64,000 nucleotides of DNA from positions 320,001 to 384,000 of the forward strand of contig JAKFCY010000002.1 of the NCBI GenBank assembly GCA_036676395.1, written 5' to 3'. Positions within the stretch are counted from its first letter, which is position 1, and the number at the start of each line of letters is the position of its first letter. Shown one piece after another: positions 8,899-18,871 of this stretch. The position numbers were made by a program, and so were the translations under genes. The DNA is from Bdellovibrio sp. GTDB lineage: Bacteria; Bdellovibrionota; Bdellovibrionia; Bdellovibrionales; Bdellovibrionaceae. Below the pieces are notes generated by a model that was not told the origin of the DNA, did not search any database, and saw only the letters and a program-made list of their open reading frames with translations.

Positions 8899-10096
8899 CA
8901 TTGATTAAGCTGTGTAAGGCCTGAATCGTTTGGTCTTTGTGATTTTGCTCAACGACATAATTTAAACTCATTGCTGACTGGATGAAATAAGCCGGTTGAA
9001 TATTGATTTCTGATAATTTCTTTGTCACAGCCACTAGAGTGTCATTTAAAGTTGAACCCGTGCAAGTTAAGCTCACTGAACATAGCTTATTGTTCACCAC
9101 CTGCAGTTGCGGGTGCTTAGTAAAGTCCATCGCTTCAATGGCTGATAAAATTTCTGGCGGGGCTGTTAGCAGCACGTGCGTTTTTTTATTTTGCACAAAC
9201 CCGTTTAAAATTTGCGGAACAGCAATATTTGATTTTTGAAAAGCTTGAAACAAAATATCAAAAGCTTGCGCCGGCGTATCTGTTTGGATAGATATTTCTA
9301 AAATTTTAGAGTGAGAATTAACGGCTAATGGTTTTGATGATTCAAACATGATATCCCCTTGAATAATAGTGCCTTCGCTGCCTTGGCCCTGTTGGTGATT
9401 ATGAGCCGGGCCGACATAGAGCTTAACGTTTTTAACCTTGGCTAATTCAACTGAGCGGTAATGCAGAACCTTAGCACCCCAGTAAGTCATTTCTAATAAA
9501 TGGTCATAATTTAATTGGGTAATTTGTTTTGCTTGCGGAACAAGTTTTGGATCAGCGGTAAAAATACTGCTGACATCTTTTAAAATTTCACAGCGATCAG
9601 CATTTAAAAATGCCGCCATCGCGACCGCTGAAGTGTCAGAGCCGCCACGCCCTAAGGTAGTGATCTCTTTAGTTACAGGTGAAACCCCTTGAAAACCCGC
9701 TAAAATCACAATTTTATTTTTTTCTAAAGCTTCTTGCACGCGGTGAGCTTTAACATCTTTAATCATCGCACCTAAGTGTGATTCATCGGTTAGAATTCCG
9801 GCTTGGCTTCCGGTAAAGCTAATCGCTTCATGACCTAAATCATTTAGCGCAATACTTACTAACGACATGCTGATGCGCTCGCCAACTGATAATAGCATGT
9901 CTAATTCACGTAGATTTGGCGAACGGCTTACATTCTGAGCCAGATCAATCAGCTGGTTGGTGGTTTGTCCCATAGCTGAAACAACGGCAACGATTTGGAT
10001 ATTTTTCTTTTTTAATTCAGAAATACGGTGGGCTGCAGATTTTATTTTCTCGGGATCAGCTAGGGTGGCGCCGCCATATTTTTGTACGATTAACAT
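8891..10096 (-). CDS. lysC: Aspartate kinase
   Basis: VQKYGG, VVSAMG, TTLGRGGSDTSA, GAKVLH motifs; C-terminal ACT-like region. Confidence 0.92.
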   Translation of the reverse strand: MLIVQKYGGATLADPEKIKSAAHRISELKKKNIQIVAVVSAMGQTTNQLIDLAQNVSRSPNLRELDMLLSVGERISMSLVSIALNDLGHEAISFTGSQAGILTDESHLGAMIKDVKAHRVQEALEKNKIVILAGFQGVSPVTKEITTLGRGGSDTSAVAMAAFLNADRCEILKDVSSIFTADPKLVPQAKQITQLNYDHLLEMTYWGAKVLHYRSVELAKVKNVKLYVGPAHNHQQGQGSEGTIIQGDIMFESSKPLAVNSHSKILEISIQTDTPAQAFDILFQAFQKSNIAVPQILNGFVQNKKTHVLLTAPPEILSAIEAMDFTKHPQLQVVNNKLCSVSLTCTGSTLNDTLVAVTKKLSEINIQPAYFIQSAMSLNYVVEQNHKDQTIQALHSLINAN

Positions 10097-10100
10097 TCTA

Positions 10101-11075
10101 TTAATCTAACGCAAATTTTTTGGTTTGATCACGAAAAAACTGTTGTGCCACGGTGAGTGAACCCACCGGCACCCGAATCCAATGCTGTTTCGATGTTTTT
10201 GGAATATAACCTAACACTAATTCAGCATTTAAATCTTTTAATGATTTACGAGTAACACTTAAATAATCGGCTAAAAGTTCAATATCAGTTCCGGCCGGTG
10301 CTTTAACAAACTCATAACTTAACGGAAATTCCGGATCTAAATTACGAAAGCCGTATAAGTTTGGGGCCTTCGCGATCATAAGGGCTGCTAAAATTTTTGG
10401 AACATAATCTTGGGTTTCCTGAGGTAGGGCCCCAAGGCGAACAAGCTCCCAGTAATCTTTGGTGCCGTATTTTTTTATTCTACTGCGCAAGCCGCCTTCA
10501 CCCATGTTGTAGCTTGCGGCCACTAAATACCATGAACCAAATTCAGCATATAAATCCTGCATGTAACGAATCGCTGCTTTTGTACTTTTTTGTAAATCAC
10601 GGCGTTCATCGATCCAGTATTGTTGCGATAAACCATATTGTTTTCCGGTTGAAGGAATAAACTGCCAAGGGCCGACCGCGCTGGCGGTGCTTACAGCCGT
10701 TGCTGAAAATCCACTTTCAATCATCACCATGTAACCTAAATCACCAGGTAATCCTGATTTTTTAAGTTCGGCTTGGATAAACGGCATGTATTTCGAAGAT
10801 TTTTCTAACCAATTACGAAAAAAGTTTTTTCCGCGTGTTTGATAGAAAGAAATCCAATAGCTTACTTTGTGATTGTAGGTCACTGGCAGGTCGAAAATAA
10901 AATGCTCGGTTTTGCCATTTTGCTTTTTCTCTAAGATTTTTAATTTATCTTTCAGAGACAAAGTTTTTAATTTTTTATCTAACGGCTTCGTTGCGACAGC
11001 AGCATAGGCAGTAGGTAAGCCCACAGCCAGATTTAAAATAACGATTGCAACGAATAGATTTCTTAAAAGCATCAT
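10101..11075 (-). CDS. Lytic transglycosylase (SLT/MltD-like)
   Basis: MIESGF, AVGPWQF, AASYNMGEG, ETQDYVPKI motifs; signal peptide. Confidence 0.9.
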   Translation of the reverse strand: MMLLRNLFVAIVILNLAVGLPTAYAAVATKPLDKKLKTLSLKDKLKILEKKQNGKTEHFIFDLPVTYNHKVSYWISFYQTRGKNFFRNWLEKSSKYMPFIQAELKKSGLPGDLGYMVMIESGFSATAVSTASAVGPWQFIPSTGKQYGLSQQYWIDERRDLQKSTKAAIRYMQDLYAEFGSWYLVAASYNMGEGGLRSRIKKYGTKDYWELVRLGALPQETQDYVPKILAALMIAKAPNLYGFRNLDPEFPLSYEFVKAPAGTDIELLADYLSVTRKSLKDLNAELVLGYIPKTSKQHWIRVPVGSLTVAQQFFRDQTKKFALD

Positions 11076-11272
11076 TTAATTATCTAGTGAACGAGCGAAA
11101 AGGTCGAGAGAGCATTTTTGACAGTCGAGGACAGTGGGGCTGACAAATTAATGACATCCTTTTCCTAGACTGGTTTTTCGTCGAGTCGAAGAACTTAGCT
11201 GTAATGTCATTGTAATGGCGCTGATAAAAGATTTTTTCGAAAGCCTAGACAAAAATATGAACAGTACCTTTT

Positions 11273-11288
11273 TGGCATTGGCGTTGCT
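11273..11288 (+). promoter_or_regulatory. sigma54 (RpoN) -24/-12 promoter of the flg operon
   Basis: TGGCATTGGCGTTGCT: GG(11274-5)-N10-GC(11286-7), upstream of SD GAAGGAG and flgF. Confidence 0.75.
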
Positions 11289-11345
11289 CTTTCTATTAAG
11301 ATGAGAATCCCTGTTAGCCGCAACTGGACTGAAGGAGCATAACAA

Positions 11346-12185
11346 ATGAGTTTAAAAGGTGTTTATACAGCCCTAAGTGGGGCCATTGCCCAGACTCTAA
11401 AAATGGATACGATCGCCAATAATATTGCGAACGTGAACACGACTGGCTTTAAAAAAGACCAGCAAACGTTTAGTGAATATTTGACGGCGATGGAAAAAGA
11501 ACAAGATGTCATGAAAGTTCCAAGAATGCCGGCGTCGATTGAAAGTTTTTATGAATTAAATGGCGGCGACAAAGCATTTGTTGATGCAGCCGGTACTTAC
11601 ACTAATTTTGAACAAGGCAGTTTAAAATCAACTGGCGGAAAACTAGACGTGGCTATTGAAGGCGCAGGTTTTTTCGAAGTTGGAACTCCAAACGGCGTAA
11701 AGTTAACTCGTGCTGGTAATTTCACAGTTGATGGCAATGGCCAATTAGTTACCAAAGATGGTTATCCTGTCTTAATGGAACCTGCTGAAGGTGCAGATGG
11801 TTTAGTTGCAGGTGAAAATTTTGAATCTCGCACAGTTCGTATCAGCGGTACAGCTGCCATTAATATTTCAGATGGTGGTGAAGTTTTCGAAGGCGAAACA
11901 AAAATTGGTAAACTTTCTGTAGTTAATGCTGCCAACACCGATGCTTTACAAAAAATCGGCAATAGCTATTACACGTTAAAAGAAAATATGAACGCCGAGA
12001 TCTCTTCGATAAAGGCTCCAAGCCTTAAACAAGGCTTTTTAGAGACAAGTAACGTCAATATCATCAATGAAATGACAGATATGATTATGGCTCAGCGGGT
12101 ATTTGAAGGTACACAAAAAGCGATCAGTGCCTATGACAACATGAGCGATAAACTAATTAATCAAGTCGGAAATACAAAAGGGTAG
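11346..12185 (+). CDS. flgF: Flagellar basal-body rod protein FlgF
   Basis: ANNIANVNTTGFK, TRAGNF, LETSNVN; precedes flgG. Confidence 0.85.
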   Translation: MSLKGVYTALSGAIAQTLKMDTIANNIANVNTTGFKKDQQTFSEYLTAMEKEQDVMKVPRMPASIESFYELNGGDKAFVDAAGTYTNFEQGSLKSTGGKLDVAIEGAGFFEVGTPNGVKLTRAGNFTVDGNGQLVTKDGYPVLMEPAEGADGLVAGENFESRTVRISGTAAINISDGGEVFEGETKIGKLSVVNAANTDALQKIGNSYYTLKENMNAEISSIKAPSLKQGFLETSNVNIINEMTDMIMAQRVFEGTQKAISAYDNMSDKLINQVGNTKG

Positions 12186-12193
12186 GATAATAT

Positions 12194-12979
12194 ATGTTTA
12201 AAAGTTTAAATACAGCAGCCACAGGAATGATCGCCCAACAAAGTAATATCGATGTTGTTGCAAATAATATTGCCAACGTTAATACCGCAGGATTTAAAAA
12301 ATCGCGCGCCGAATTTGAAGACCTTATATATAGTAACCAAAAAGATCCAGGCCAAGCGTCAGGATTAAATTCAATTACTCCAACAGGAGTACAAACTGGC
12401 CTAGGGGTGCGTACTGCTTCTATTCAAAAAGATTTTGGAACAGGCCAAACTCAGGTCACGTCTAATCCATTAGATTTTCAAATCGAAGGAAATGGTTTTT
12501 TTCAAGTACGCACGCCAGATGGCGAAATTGCTTACACACGTGATGGCGCCTTTAAAAAAGATGCAACTGGTAAAATCGTTGATAAAAATGGTAACACATT
12601 GATTCCTGAATTAGTAATTCCAGAGACAGCAATGGTTATTGAAGCAACTCCGACAGGAGAAATTCGCGTGATTCATCATGCAGGTGCAGAGCCTGAAGTG
12701 ATCGGCCAGATGGAGTTAGCTAATTTTATTAATCCAGCCGGTTTAAAAAGCATGGGTAAAAATTTATTTATGCCGACTGCGGCCAGCGGCCAACCAGCAT
12801 CAAATCGCCCGGGCACACAAGGTGTGGGCTTTTTAGCGCAAAACCAATTAGAAACAAGTAACGTAAATATTGTTGATGAAATGATTAATATGATCACCGC
12901 ACAACGTGCTTATGAAACAAATTCAAAAGTCGTGCAAACGTCTGATCAAATGCTTCAAACAGCAGTGAATGTTAAATAA
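12194..12979 (+). CDS. flgG: Flagellar distal rod protein FlgG
   Basis: ANNIANVNTAGFKKSRAEFEDL, YTRDGAF, QRAYETNSK. Confidence 0.95.
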   Translation: MFKSLNTAATGMIAQQSNIDVVANNIANVNTAGFKKSRAEFEDLIYSNQKDPGQASGLNSITPTGVQTGLGVRTASIQKDFGTGQTQVTSNPLDFQIEGNGFFQVRTPDGEIAYTRDGAFKKDATGKIVDKNGNTLIPELVIPETAMVIEATPTGEIRVIHHAGAEPEVIGQMELANFINPAGLKSMGKNLFMPTAASGQPASNRPGTQGVGFLAQNQLETSNVNIVDEMINMITAQRAYETNSKVVQTSDQMLQTAVNVK

Positions 12980-13869
12980 TGAAAAAATTAGTTCTACTTT
13001 CTTTACTAATGGTTTCGCAAATAGCATTCGCTAAAAGTGAAATCACTTTATCGTCAGCGATCGAGGTATCACCGCGTGAAGTGATCACAGCTTATGATAT
13101 CGTTGAAAGCCGCAATCTTAATGAATCAGCTTTATCTGATTTAAAAGATATCGAATTAGGTAACGCACAAACTAAAACAATCACTAAACTTGAGATCATT
13201 AAAAAATTTCGTGGTTTAGAAGCTAATTTTAGATTGCCTGCTGAAGTTAAAATTTTACGTTCAAAATCAAACGTGTCACGTTTAGAGATCGAACGCAAAA
13301 TCATGAATCACTTACTGGCAAAATGCGGAACCTGCGAATACCGTATACAAATTAATTCAGTGCCGCAAAATCTATTAACCGACTGGGAATTAGACATGAA
13401 TGTTGATTTTAATAAATCAACGGTGATGATTCCGGCATTTTCTACTTCAACACCAGATAAAAAAGGCTGGGTTGTTGTCGAGTTAAAAAAATATGCTGTT
13501 GTGCCAGTGCTAACTCGCCCGTTAAAAATCGGTGATGTTATTACAGAAGATGCAGTCACAACTGAAATGCGTTTAATGCAAAATTATCAAGACACGATGA
13601 TGGATGTTAAAGCTGTTGTCGGCATGCAAGCAGCACGCTTTTTAACTACGGGGCAAATGTTAGCTTCGCGTGATTTAAAACGCGAACAGATTTTAAAAAA
13701 AGGCCAAATGGTTAAAGCCATTTTTGGTGCAAATGCTTTAGAAATTTCAATCAGTGCGCAGGCCGAAGAAGGTGGCGCAGTGGGTGATGTGATCAAGGTT
13801 AAAAATCTTGATTCACAAAAAATGTTCGCGGCCAAAATTATTGATCGCGGCGTTGTTAAAATTGAGTAG
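12979..13869 (+). CDS. flgA: Flagellar P-ring chaperone FlgA
   Basis: Signal peptide, SAF-like domain, C-terminal GAVGDVIKVKN; position after flgG. Confidence 0.85.
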   Translation: MKKLVLLSLLMVSQIAFAKSEITLSSAIEVSPREVITAYDIVESRNLNESALSDLKDIELGNAQTKTITKLEIIKKFRGLEANFRLPAEVKILRSKSNVSRLEIERKIMNHLLAKCGTCEYRIQINSVPQNLLTDWELDMNVDFNKSTVMIPAFSTSTPDKKGWVVVELKKYAVVPVLTRPLKIGDVITEDAVTTEMRLMQNYQDTMMDVKAVVGMQAARFLTTGQMLASRDLKREQILKKGQMVKAIFGANALEISISAQAEEGGAVGDVIKVKNLDSQKMFAAKIIDRGVVKIE

Positions 13870-13906
13870 TACTTAGTTAATAGTTTTAGTTAGGGAGATT
13901 TCACGG

Positions 13907-14731
13907 ATGAAATACTTATTAGTTTTACCTTTATTCTTTACCGGTTGTGCCACAATGTACGATTTTTTTGGCTTCGATGGTCCTAAGCAAGAAGTTATCG
14001 TTAAAGAAGAAGTGGTGAAAGAGCCATTAACAAAATATTCTGATATTAATAATTTTGCGCCTGCCTCTGACCGCAACTATAAGCGCATGACCAAAGAACG
14101 TTTTGAAGAAGACGCAGAATTGCACGCAGGTGCAGGTTCATTATGGGTGATGGAAGGCCAAACAAGTTATTTATTTGCACAAAATAAAAAACGCCGTGAA
14201 GGTGACCCTTCGACATTATTAGTGCAAGGTATGGCATTAAAAGATGTGCAAATGAAAGCTTTGGCGATTAAAGATTTATTAATCGATTTAGAAAATCAGA
14301 AAAAAGAAGCTGAAGCCAAAAAGAAAAAAGAAGACGACAAAGTTCAGCGGTTAGCAGAAATCGAAAAAGAGAAAAAATCTATCTTAGCTAAAAGTGAAGC
14401 TGATAACGAAGATGCGGCAGCGGTGTTAGCTGAACAGCGTATTGATGCCAGAAAACCTGCATCAGTGGCGGTTGCTGAAGCTCCTAAAGATCCAGAATTA
14501 GAAAAAATTGATTTCAAAGAAATCGAGCAAGTGCCTATTAAAATCACTGAACGTTTACCGGATAACCAATACCGCGTGGCGGGTCAGCAATTTCTAACGA
14601 TCAGAAACCGTCCTTATAAATTAATCGTTAACGGCACAATTCGTGGTGATGATTTTTCAGATCAAAATTTCAGTTCAGACAAAATGTTTGACGGTAATTT
14701 TGAGTTAGTCCACTTAAAGAAAGCTGAGTAA
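13907..14731 (+). CDS. flgH: Flagellar L-ring protein FlgH (divergent, with charged insertion)
   Basis: Lipobox FTGC, GSLW, RREGD, ITERLPDNQYRVAG, NGTIRGDD; lies between flgA and flgI. Confidence 0.7.
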   Translation: MKYLLVLPLFFTGCATMYDFFGFDGPKQEVIVKEEVVKEPLTKYSDINNFAPASDRNYKRMTKERFEEDAELHAGAGSLWVMEGQTSYLFAQNKKRREGDPSTLLVQGMALKDVQMKALAIKDLLIDLENQKKEAEAKKKKEDDKVQRLAEIEKEKKSILAKSEADNEDAAAVLAEQRIDARKPASVAVAEAPKDPELEKIDFKEIEQVPIKITERLPDNQYRVAGQQFLTIRNRPYKLIVNGTIRGDDFSDQNFSSDKMFDGNFELVHLKKAE

Positions 14732-14736
14732 TTAGA

Positions 14737-15735
14737 ATGAAAAAATTAGCTTTAGTTATTTTATTATTATCATTAAATGCAGCCGCAGCCCGTTTAAAAG
14801 ACGTGGCCAGCATTCGTGGAGTACGTGAAAATCAACTGATCGGGTACGGTTTAGTTGTAGGTCTTAAAGGCACAGGCGACACGCAAGCTGAATTTACCAG
14901 TAAATCATTTGCACGTTTAATTGAAAAATTAGGTGTGCAATTAGATAAAAAAGATATTGTTTCTAAAAACGTAGCGGCCGTAATTATCACGGCCTCACTT
15001 CCGCCATTTGCAAAAGCGGGTAATCCATTAGATATCACGGTCAGTGCTGTGGGAGATTCAAGTTCATTAGTGGGTGGTACATTACTGCAAGCTCCGTTAC
15101 GCGCAGGCAACGACGAAATTTTTGCTGTAGCTCAGGGGGCCATCTCGGTTCTAGGTGATGGTAAAGATGTGCACACGACAGTTGGAAGAATTCCAAACGG
15201 CGCCATGATCGAACGTGATATCCAAGCAGATTTCGCTAATCGTAAAATGTATCGTATGACTTTACATAACCCTGATTTTACAACAGCTGCCCGCACTATT
15301 CTTACAATCAATAAAGAATTAGGTGGCCAATATGCTTCAGCAAAAGATGCCGGAACAATTGATATCATCACGCCATCATCTTACGAAAATAAAGGTGTTG
15401 AGCTAATGGCAACAATTGAAGCCATTGAAATTAATCCAGATCAAAAAGCACGTGTGATCATTAACGAAAAAACCGGAACAATTGTTATCGGTGAAAAAGT
15501 TAAAATTTCACGAGTAGGTTTAAGTCACGGTAATATCACTTTAAAAGTGGTTGATGAAAAAACTAAAAAATTAACTCCGATTGATGACAAGGTGGCCTTA
15601 TTAGACACTGGTGCAAACGTTGGTGATTTAGTACAAGCCTTAAATAAATTAGGTGTAACACCGAAAGATTTGATTTCGATTTTGCAGTCAATTAAGGCTG
15701 CTGGAGCCCTTCACGGAGAACTGGAGACTTTCTAA
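14737..15735 (+). CDS. flgI: Flagellar P-ring protein FlgI
   Basis: RLKDVASIRGVRENQLIGYGLVVGL, INEKTGTIVIG, LQSIKAAGAL. Confidence 0.97.
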   Translation: MKKLALVILLLSLNAAAARLKDVASIRGVRENQLIGYGLVVGLKGTGDTQAEFTSKSFARLIEKLGVQLDKKDIVSKNVAAVIITASLPPFAKAGNPLDITVSAVGDSSSLVGGTLLQAPLRAGNDEIFAVAQGAISVLGDGKDVHTTVGRIPNGAMIERDIQADFANRKMYRMTLHNPDFTTAARTILTINKELGGQYASAKDAGTIDIITPSSYENKGVELMATIEAIEINPDQKARVIINEKTGTIVIGEKVKISRVGLSHGNITLKVVDEKTKKLTPIDDKVALLDTGANVGDLVQALNKLGVTPKDLISILQSIKAAGALHGELETF

Positions 15736-16424
15736 TGTCTGATATTTCCAAATTAAGTTCAGCACGCTTAGCGGGTGCTGTGCAAAAAAATGAAGGAAAA
15801 GAAGGCGACGCGAAGATTCGCGAAGTGGCAGACATGTATGAAAAGTATTTCATGAAAGAAATGATGCGCAACATGCGTTCAACAATCCAAGAAGGTGGTT
15901 TTTTAAAAACCAACAACGCAGAAAAAATCTTTCAAGAACAATTAGACGATGAATATTCAACACAAGGAAATCAGCGCGGTGGTTTTGGTGTTTCAGATAT
16001 GATTTACCAACAATTAACCGAAAAATTCGGCGCACAATTAGGACTGCCCGGTAAGGTTGATAAACCTAACGGGCCGATTCCTATAGATAAAAAAATTAAA
16101 TTAGAAGAGTTAATGAATACGCCTCAGCAAAAAACTTACCTAATGCACCCAGAACAAGCCAGTAATGGTGCAGATAAGAATGTGAATGTGCAAACCCCAT
16201 GGGCGGGTGTTTTGCAGAATAAGAATAGACATGAAGGTGATAAAACTTCTTACGCCATTAAACACGACAATGGCCTAGAAAGTCTCATTATGACACACGG
16301 AGCTCCTTCAGCTGAAACCCGTAATTTGTCTCCCGGAGACAAATTAGAGGCGGGCCAGTCCTTAGGTCTGGCAAGTGCGGGCAGCCCTTTAGTATGGAAC
16401 GTTAAAAAATCTGTCTCAGAATGA
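15735..16424 (+). CDS. flgJ: FlgJ-like rod-binding protein with degenerate M23-like C-terminal domain
   Basis: YEKYFMKEMMRNMRSTI and GFGVSDMIYQQL rod-binding motifs; position after flgI. Confidence 0.75.
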   Translation: MSDISKLSSARLAGAVQKNEGKEGDAKIREVADMYEKYFMKEMMRNMRSTIQEGGFLKTNNAEKIFQEQLDDEYSTQGNQRGGFGVSDMIYQQLTEKFGAQLGLPGKVDKPNGPIPIDKKIKLEELMNTPQQKTYLMHPEQASNGADKNVNVQTPWAGVLQNKNRHEGDKTSYAIKHDNGLESLIMTHGAPSAETRNLSPGDKLEAGQSLGLASAGSPLVWNVKKSVSE

Positions 16425-16481
16425 TTTGGTTGAGACGTGCAATTATGATACACTATGAGAATATACCCTTGGAGGTTTTAG

Positions 16482-16835
16482 ATGAAAATTACACATAACA
16501 AAGTCGGCCAAAATCTGAATTTAACTGATTCGTCTCGTGCTGATAAATCTAAAAAATCTGAAGCAGCCAATTCATCATCAGCAACATCGCAAACTGAAAA
16601 AGCAAATGGTTTACCTTTTGCTGCAAATACAGATTCAGCAAAAGTAGATCTTTCAGCTCGCGCTAAAGATATCGCTCGTGCCAAAGAAATCGCGATGGCT
16701 TCTCCGGATATGGATCAGGCTAAAATTGAAAAATTTCAAAAATTAATTGATGAAGGTAAATACAAAGTGGATTCAAAAGCCATCGCAGAACGCATGGTCG
16801 AAGAGCACTTAATGACCGGAAAAACTTCAGAGTAA
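16482..16835 (+). CDS. flgM: Anti-sigma28 factor FlgM
   Basis: KVDLSARA, KIEKFQKLIDEGKYKVDSKAIAERM; strong SD GGAGG. Confidence 0.92.
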   Translation: MKITHNKVGQNLNLTDSSRADKSKKSEAANSSSATSQTEKANGLPFAANTDSAKVDLSARAKDIARAKEIAMASPDMDQAKIEKFQKLIDEGKYKVDSKAIAERMVEEHLMTGKTSE

Positions 16836-16862
16836 CGGATTACAAAAAGAAATAGGTAGACA

Positions 16863-17381
16863 ATGGACACTGTCTCTTTAAGAAAATTAGCTTACGAAAA
16901 AATGATCGCAAATCTTGATGATATGTTGAAAAACTATCGTCAGTTGTTAGATCTTGTTCGTAAAGAAAAAGATCTTTTGATCACTTCAAATATTGATCAG
17001 TTGAATGAAAATAATAATACCAAAGAGCAAGTGATTATTAAAATCAAAGCCCTTGATGCTACTCGTATTAATTATGCAGCTGAGCTGGCTCATTTTGCTC
17101 AGGCAGATACGGCTCAGCCAAGATTGCTTGAAATCGCCCAAAAAATGGGTGGCGCAGAAGGCGAAAAACTACGCACCATGCACGCAGCACTTGAAATGGT
17201 GATTAAACGTTTAAGCGAAATCAACAAAGGCAATGTGATCTTTGCTGAATCGGCACTTAAGACAGTGAACTCAGCTTTAGAAAATTTTAAAGAGGCTTTA
17301 ACGCCGCAAAAAACTTACCAAAAAAAGGGAAAGTACCAGCAAGGTTCTCAAACAGGACACATGGTAAAACGCGAAGCTTAG
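16863..17381 (+). CDS. flgN: Flagellar export chaperone FlgN
   Basis: Helical protein between flgM and flgK; C-terminal TYQKKG motif. Confidence 0.8.
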   Translation: MDTVSLRKLAYEKMIANLDDMLKNYRQLLDLVRKEKDLLITSNIDQLNENNNTKEQVIIKIKALDATRINYAAELAHFAQADTAQPRLLEIAQKMGGAEGEKLRTMHAALEMVIKRLSEINKGNVIFAESALKTVNSALENFKEALTPQKTYQKKGKYQQGSQTGHMVKREA

Positions 17382-17442
17382 TCATAAAGACTAAGTTAAT
17401 TAACCCAGACAACGGATTGTCAGGGTTTAAAAGGGGCAACGG

Positions 17443-18861
17443 ATGGCCAAAATTCATGGAATGATGGATATAGGACGAAGAGCGATGGCGCTGAATCAAT
17501 CAGCGATCCAAACGACTTCGCACAATATCACTAATAAATCCACTGAAGGTTATTCTCGTCAAAAAGTTGATTTCCAAACTAATCCGTCGGTTGGTGAAGG
17601 TCGTTATCAAATCGGTACCGGTGTTCGTATGGCGAATATTTCGCGTGTGAACAATCCTTGGATTGAAAAACAATTAGAAACAGAAAATTCAAATTTTAGC
17701 CGTTTAGACCAAAAAGCTCAGGCTCTTGCGCGTTTAGAATCAACGATGAACGAACAAAGCGTTAAAGGAATGAACGATTCAATCAGTAATTTCTTTAACT
17801 CGTTTCGTGAACTAGCAAATACGCCTGAATCGGCAGTTGCGCGTACGCAAGTGCGTGAAGCTGGAATGGGTTTAGTTAAACAGTTTCAAGATGCTCATCG
17901 CCAAATTGCGGATGTTAAAGTCGATATGAATAAAAATATCGAGTTTGCAATTGCGCAGGTAAATTCGCTAGCTAAAGAGATTTCTGGAACAAATGAAAAA
18001 ATCCAGCAAATTGAGATTAATGGATCAGATACGGCCAATGATGAGCGTGATCATCGTGATATGTTACTGAAAAAAATGTCAGAATTAGTTAATATTTCTT
18101 ACGCTGAAGATAAAAAAACCGGAATGGTGAATGTGACTGCCGGTAAAGCTGCGGTGTTAGTTGCGGGAACAACGCACTCACAATTAAAAACAGCTTCAGC
18201 GCCAAGTGGCCAGATGTTAATTTTACATGAGTTAAGCCCTGGTGGAAGCCAATTAGATATCACAGACCGTTTTACCCAAGGCAAAGTGGGCGCCGCACTT
18301 GAAGTTCGCGATCAAACAACTCAAGGCATGTTAGATAACTTAAATGATTTAGCTTATAATATCGCAAATGAAGTGAATCGTGCCCACCGTGAAGGTTACG
18401 ATCGTCAAAACATTGCGGGTTCAAACTTTTTTGAATTAGCTAATCCAGCAGAGCCTTTCTCTGTCGAGAATTTAAAACTCTCTTCTGAAATCGTAAAAGA
18501 TGTTAGCCGTATCGCTGCAGCTGCAAAACCAAATGCTCCGGGCGATAACACGGTAGCCAATTTGATTCATAATTTACAAGGTCGTCGCATGATGGAAGAC
18601 GGCAAATACAGTTACGATGATTTTTACAATTCAAAAGTGAGCGAAATCGGTATTTTAGCCCAACGTTCAACAAGCGAATTGGATAGCCAGCGTAATACGT
18701 TAGAGCAATTAACTAATATCCGTGAATCTATCAGTGGTGTAAGCCTTGATGAAGAAGCGGCTAAACTGATCGAATATCAAAAATCATTCGAAGCTTCAGC
18801 ACGTTTAGTGACTACAGCTGATGAGATGTTTGATACGATCCTAAACTTAAAGAGACTGTAG
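17443..18861 (+). CDS. flgK: Hook-associated protein FlgK
   Basis: HNITNKSTEGYSRQ, SGVSLDEEAAKLIEYQ. Confidence 0.95.
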   Translation: MAKIHGMMDIGRRAMALNQSAIQTTSHNITNKSTEGYSRQKVDFQTNPSVGEGRYQIGTGVRMANISRVNNPWIEKQLETENSNFSRLDQKAQALARLESTMNEQSVKGMNDSISNFFNSFRELANTPESAVARTQVREAGMGLVKQFQDAHRQIADVKVDMNKNIEFAIAQVNSLAKEISGTNEKIQQIEINGSDTANDERDHRDMLLKKMSELVNISYAEDKKTGMVNVTAGKAAVLVAGTTHSQLKTASAPSGQMLILHELSPGGSQLDITDRFTQGKVGAALEVRDQTTQGMLDNLNDLAYNIANEVNRAHREGYDRQNIAGSNFFELANPAEPFSVENLKLSSEIVKDVSRIAAAAKPNAPGDNTVANLIHNLQGRRMMEDGKYSYDDFYNSKVSEIGILAQRSTSELDSQRNTLEQLTNIRESISGVSLDEEAAKLIEYQKSFEASARLVTTADEMFDTILNLKRL

Positions 18862-18871
18862 GAGTTAAACT

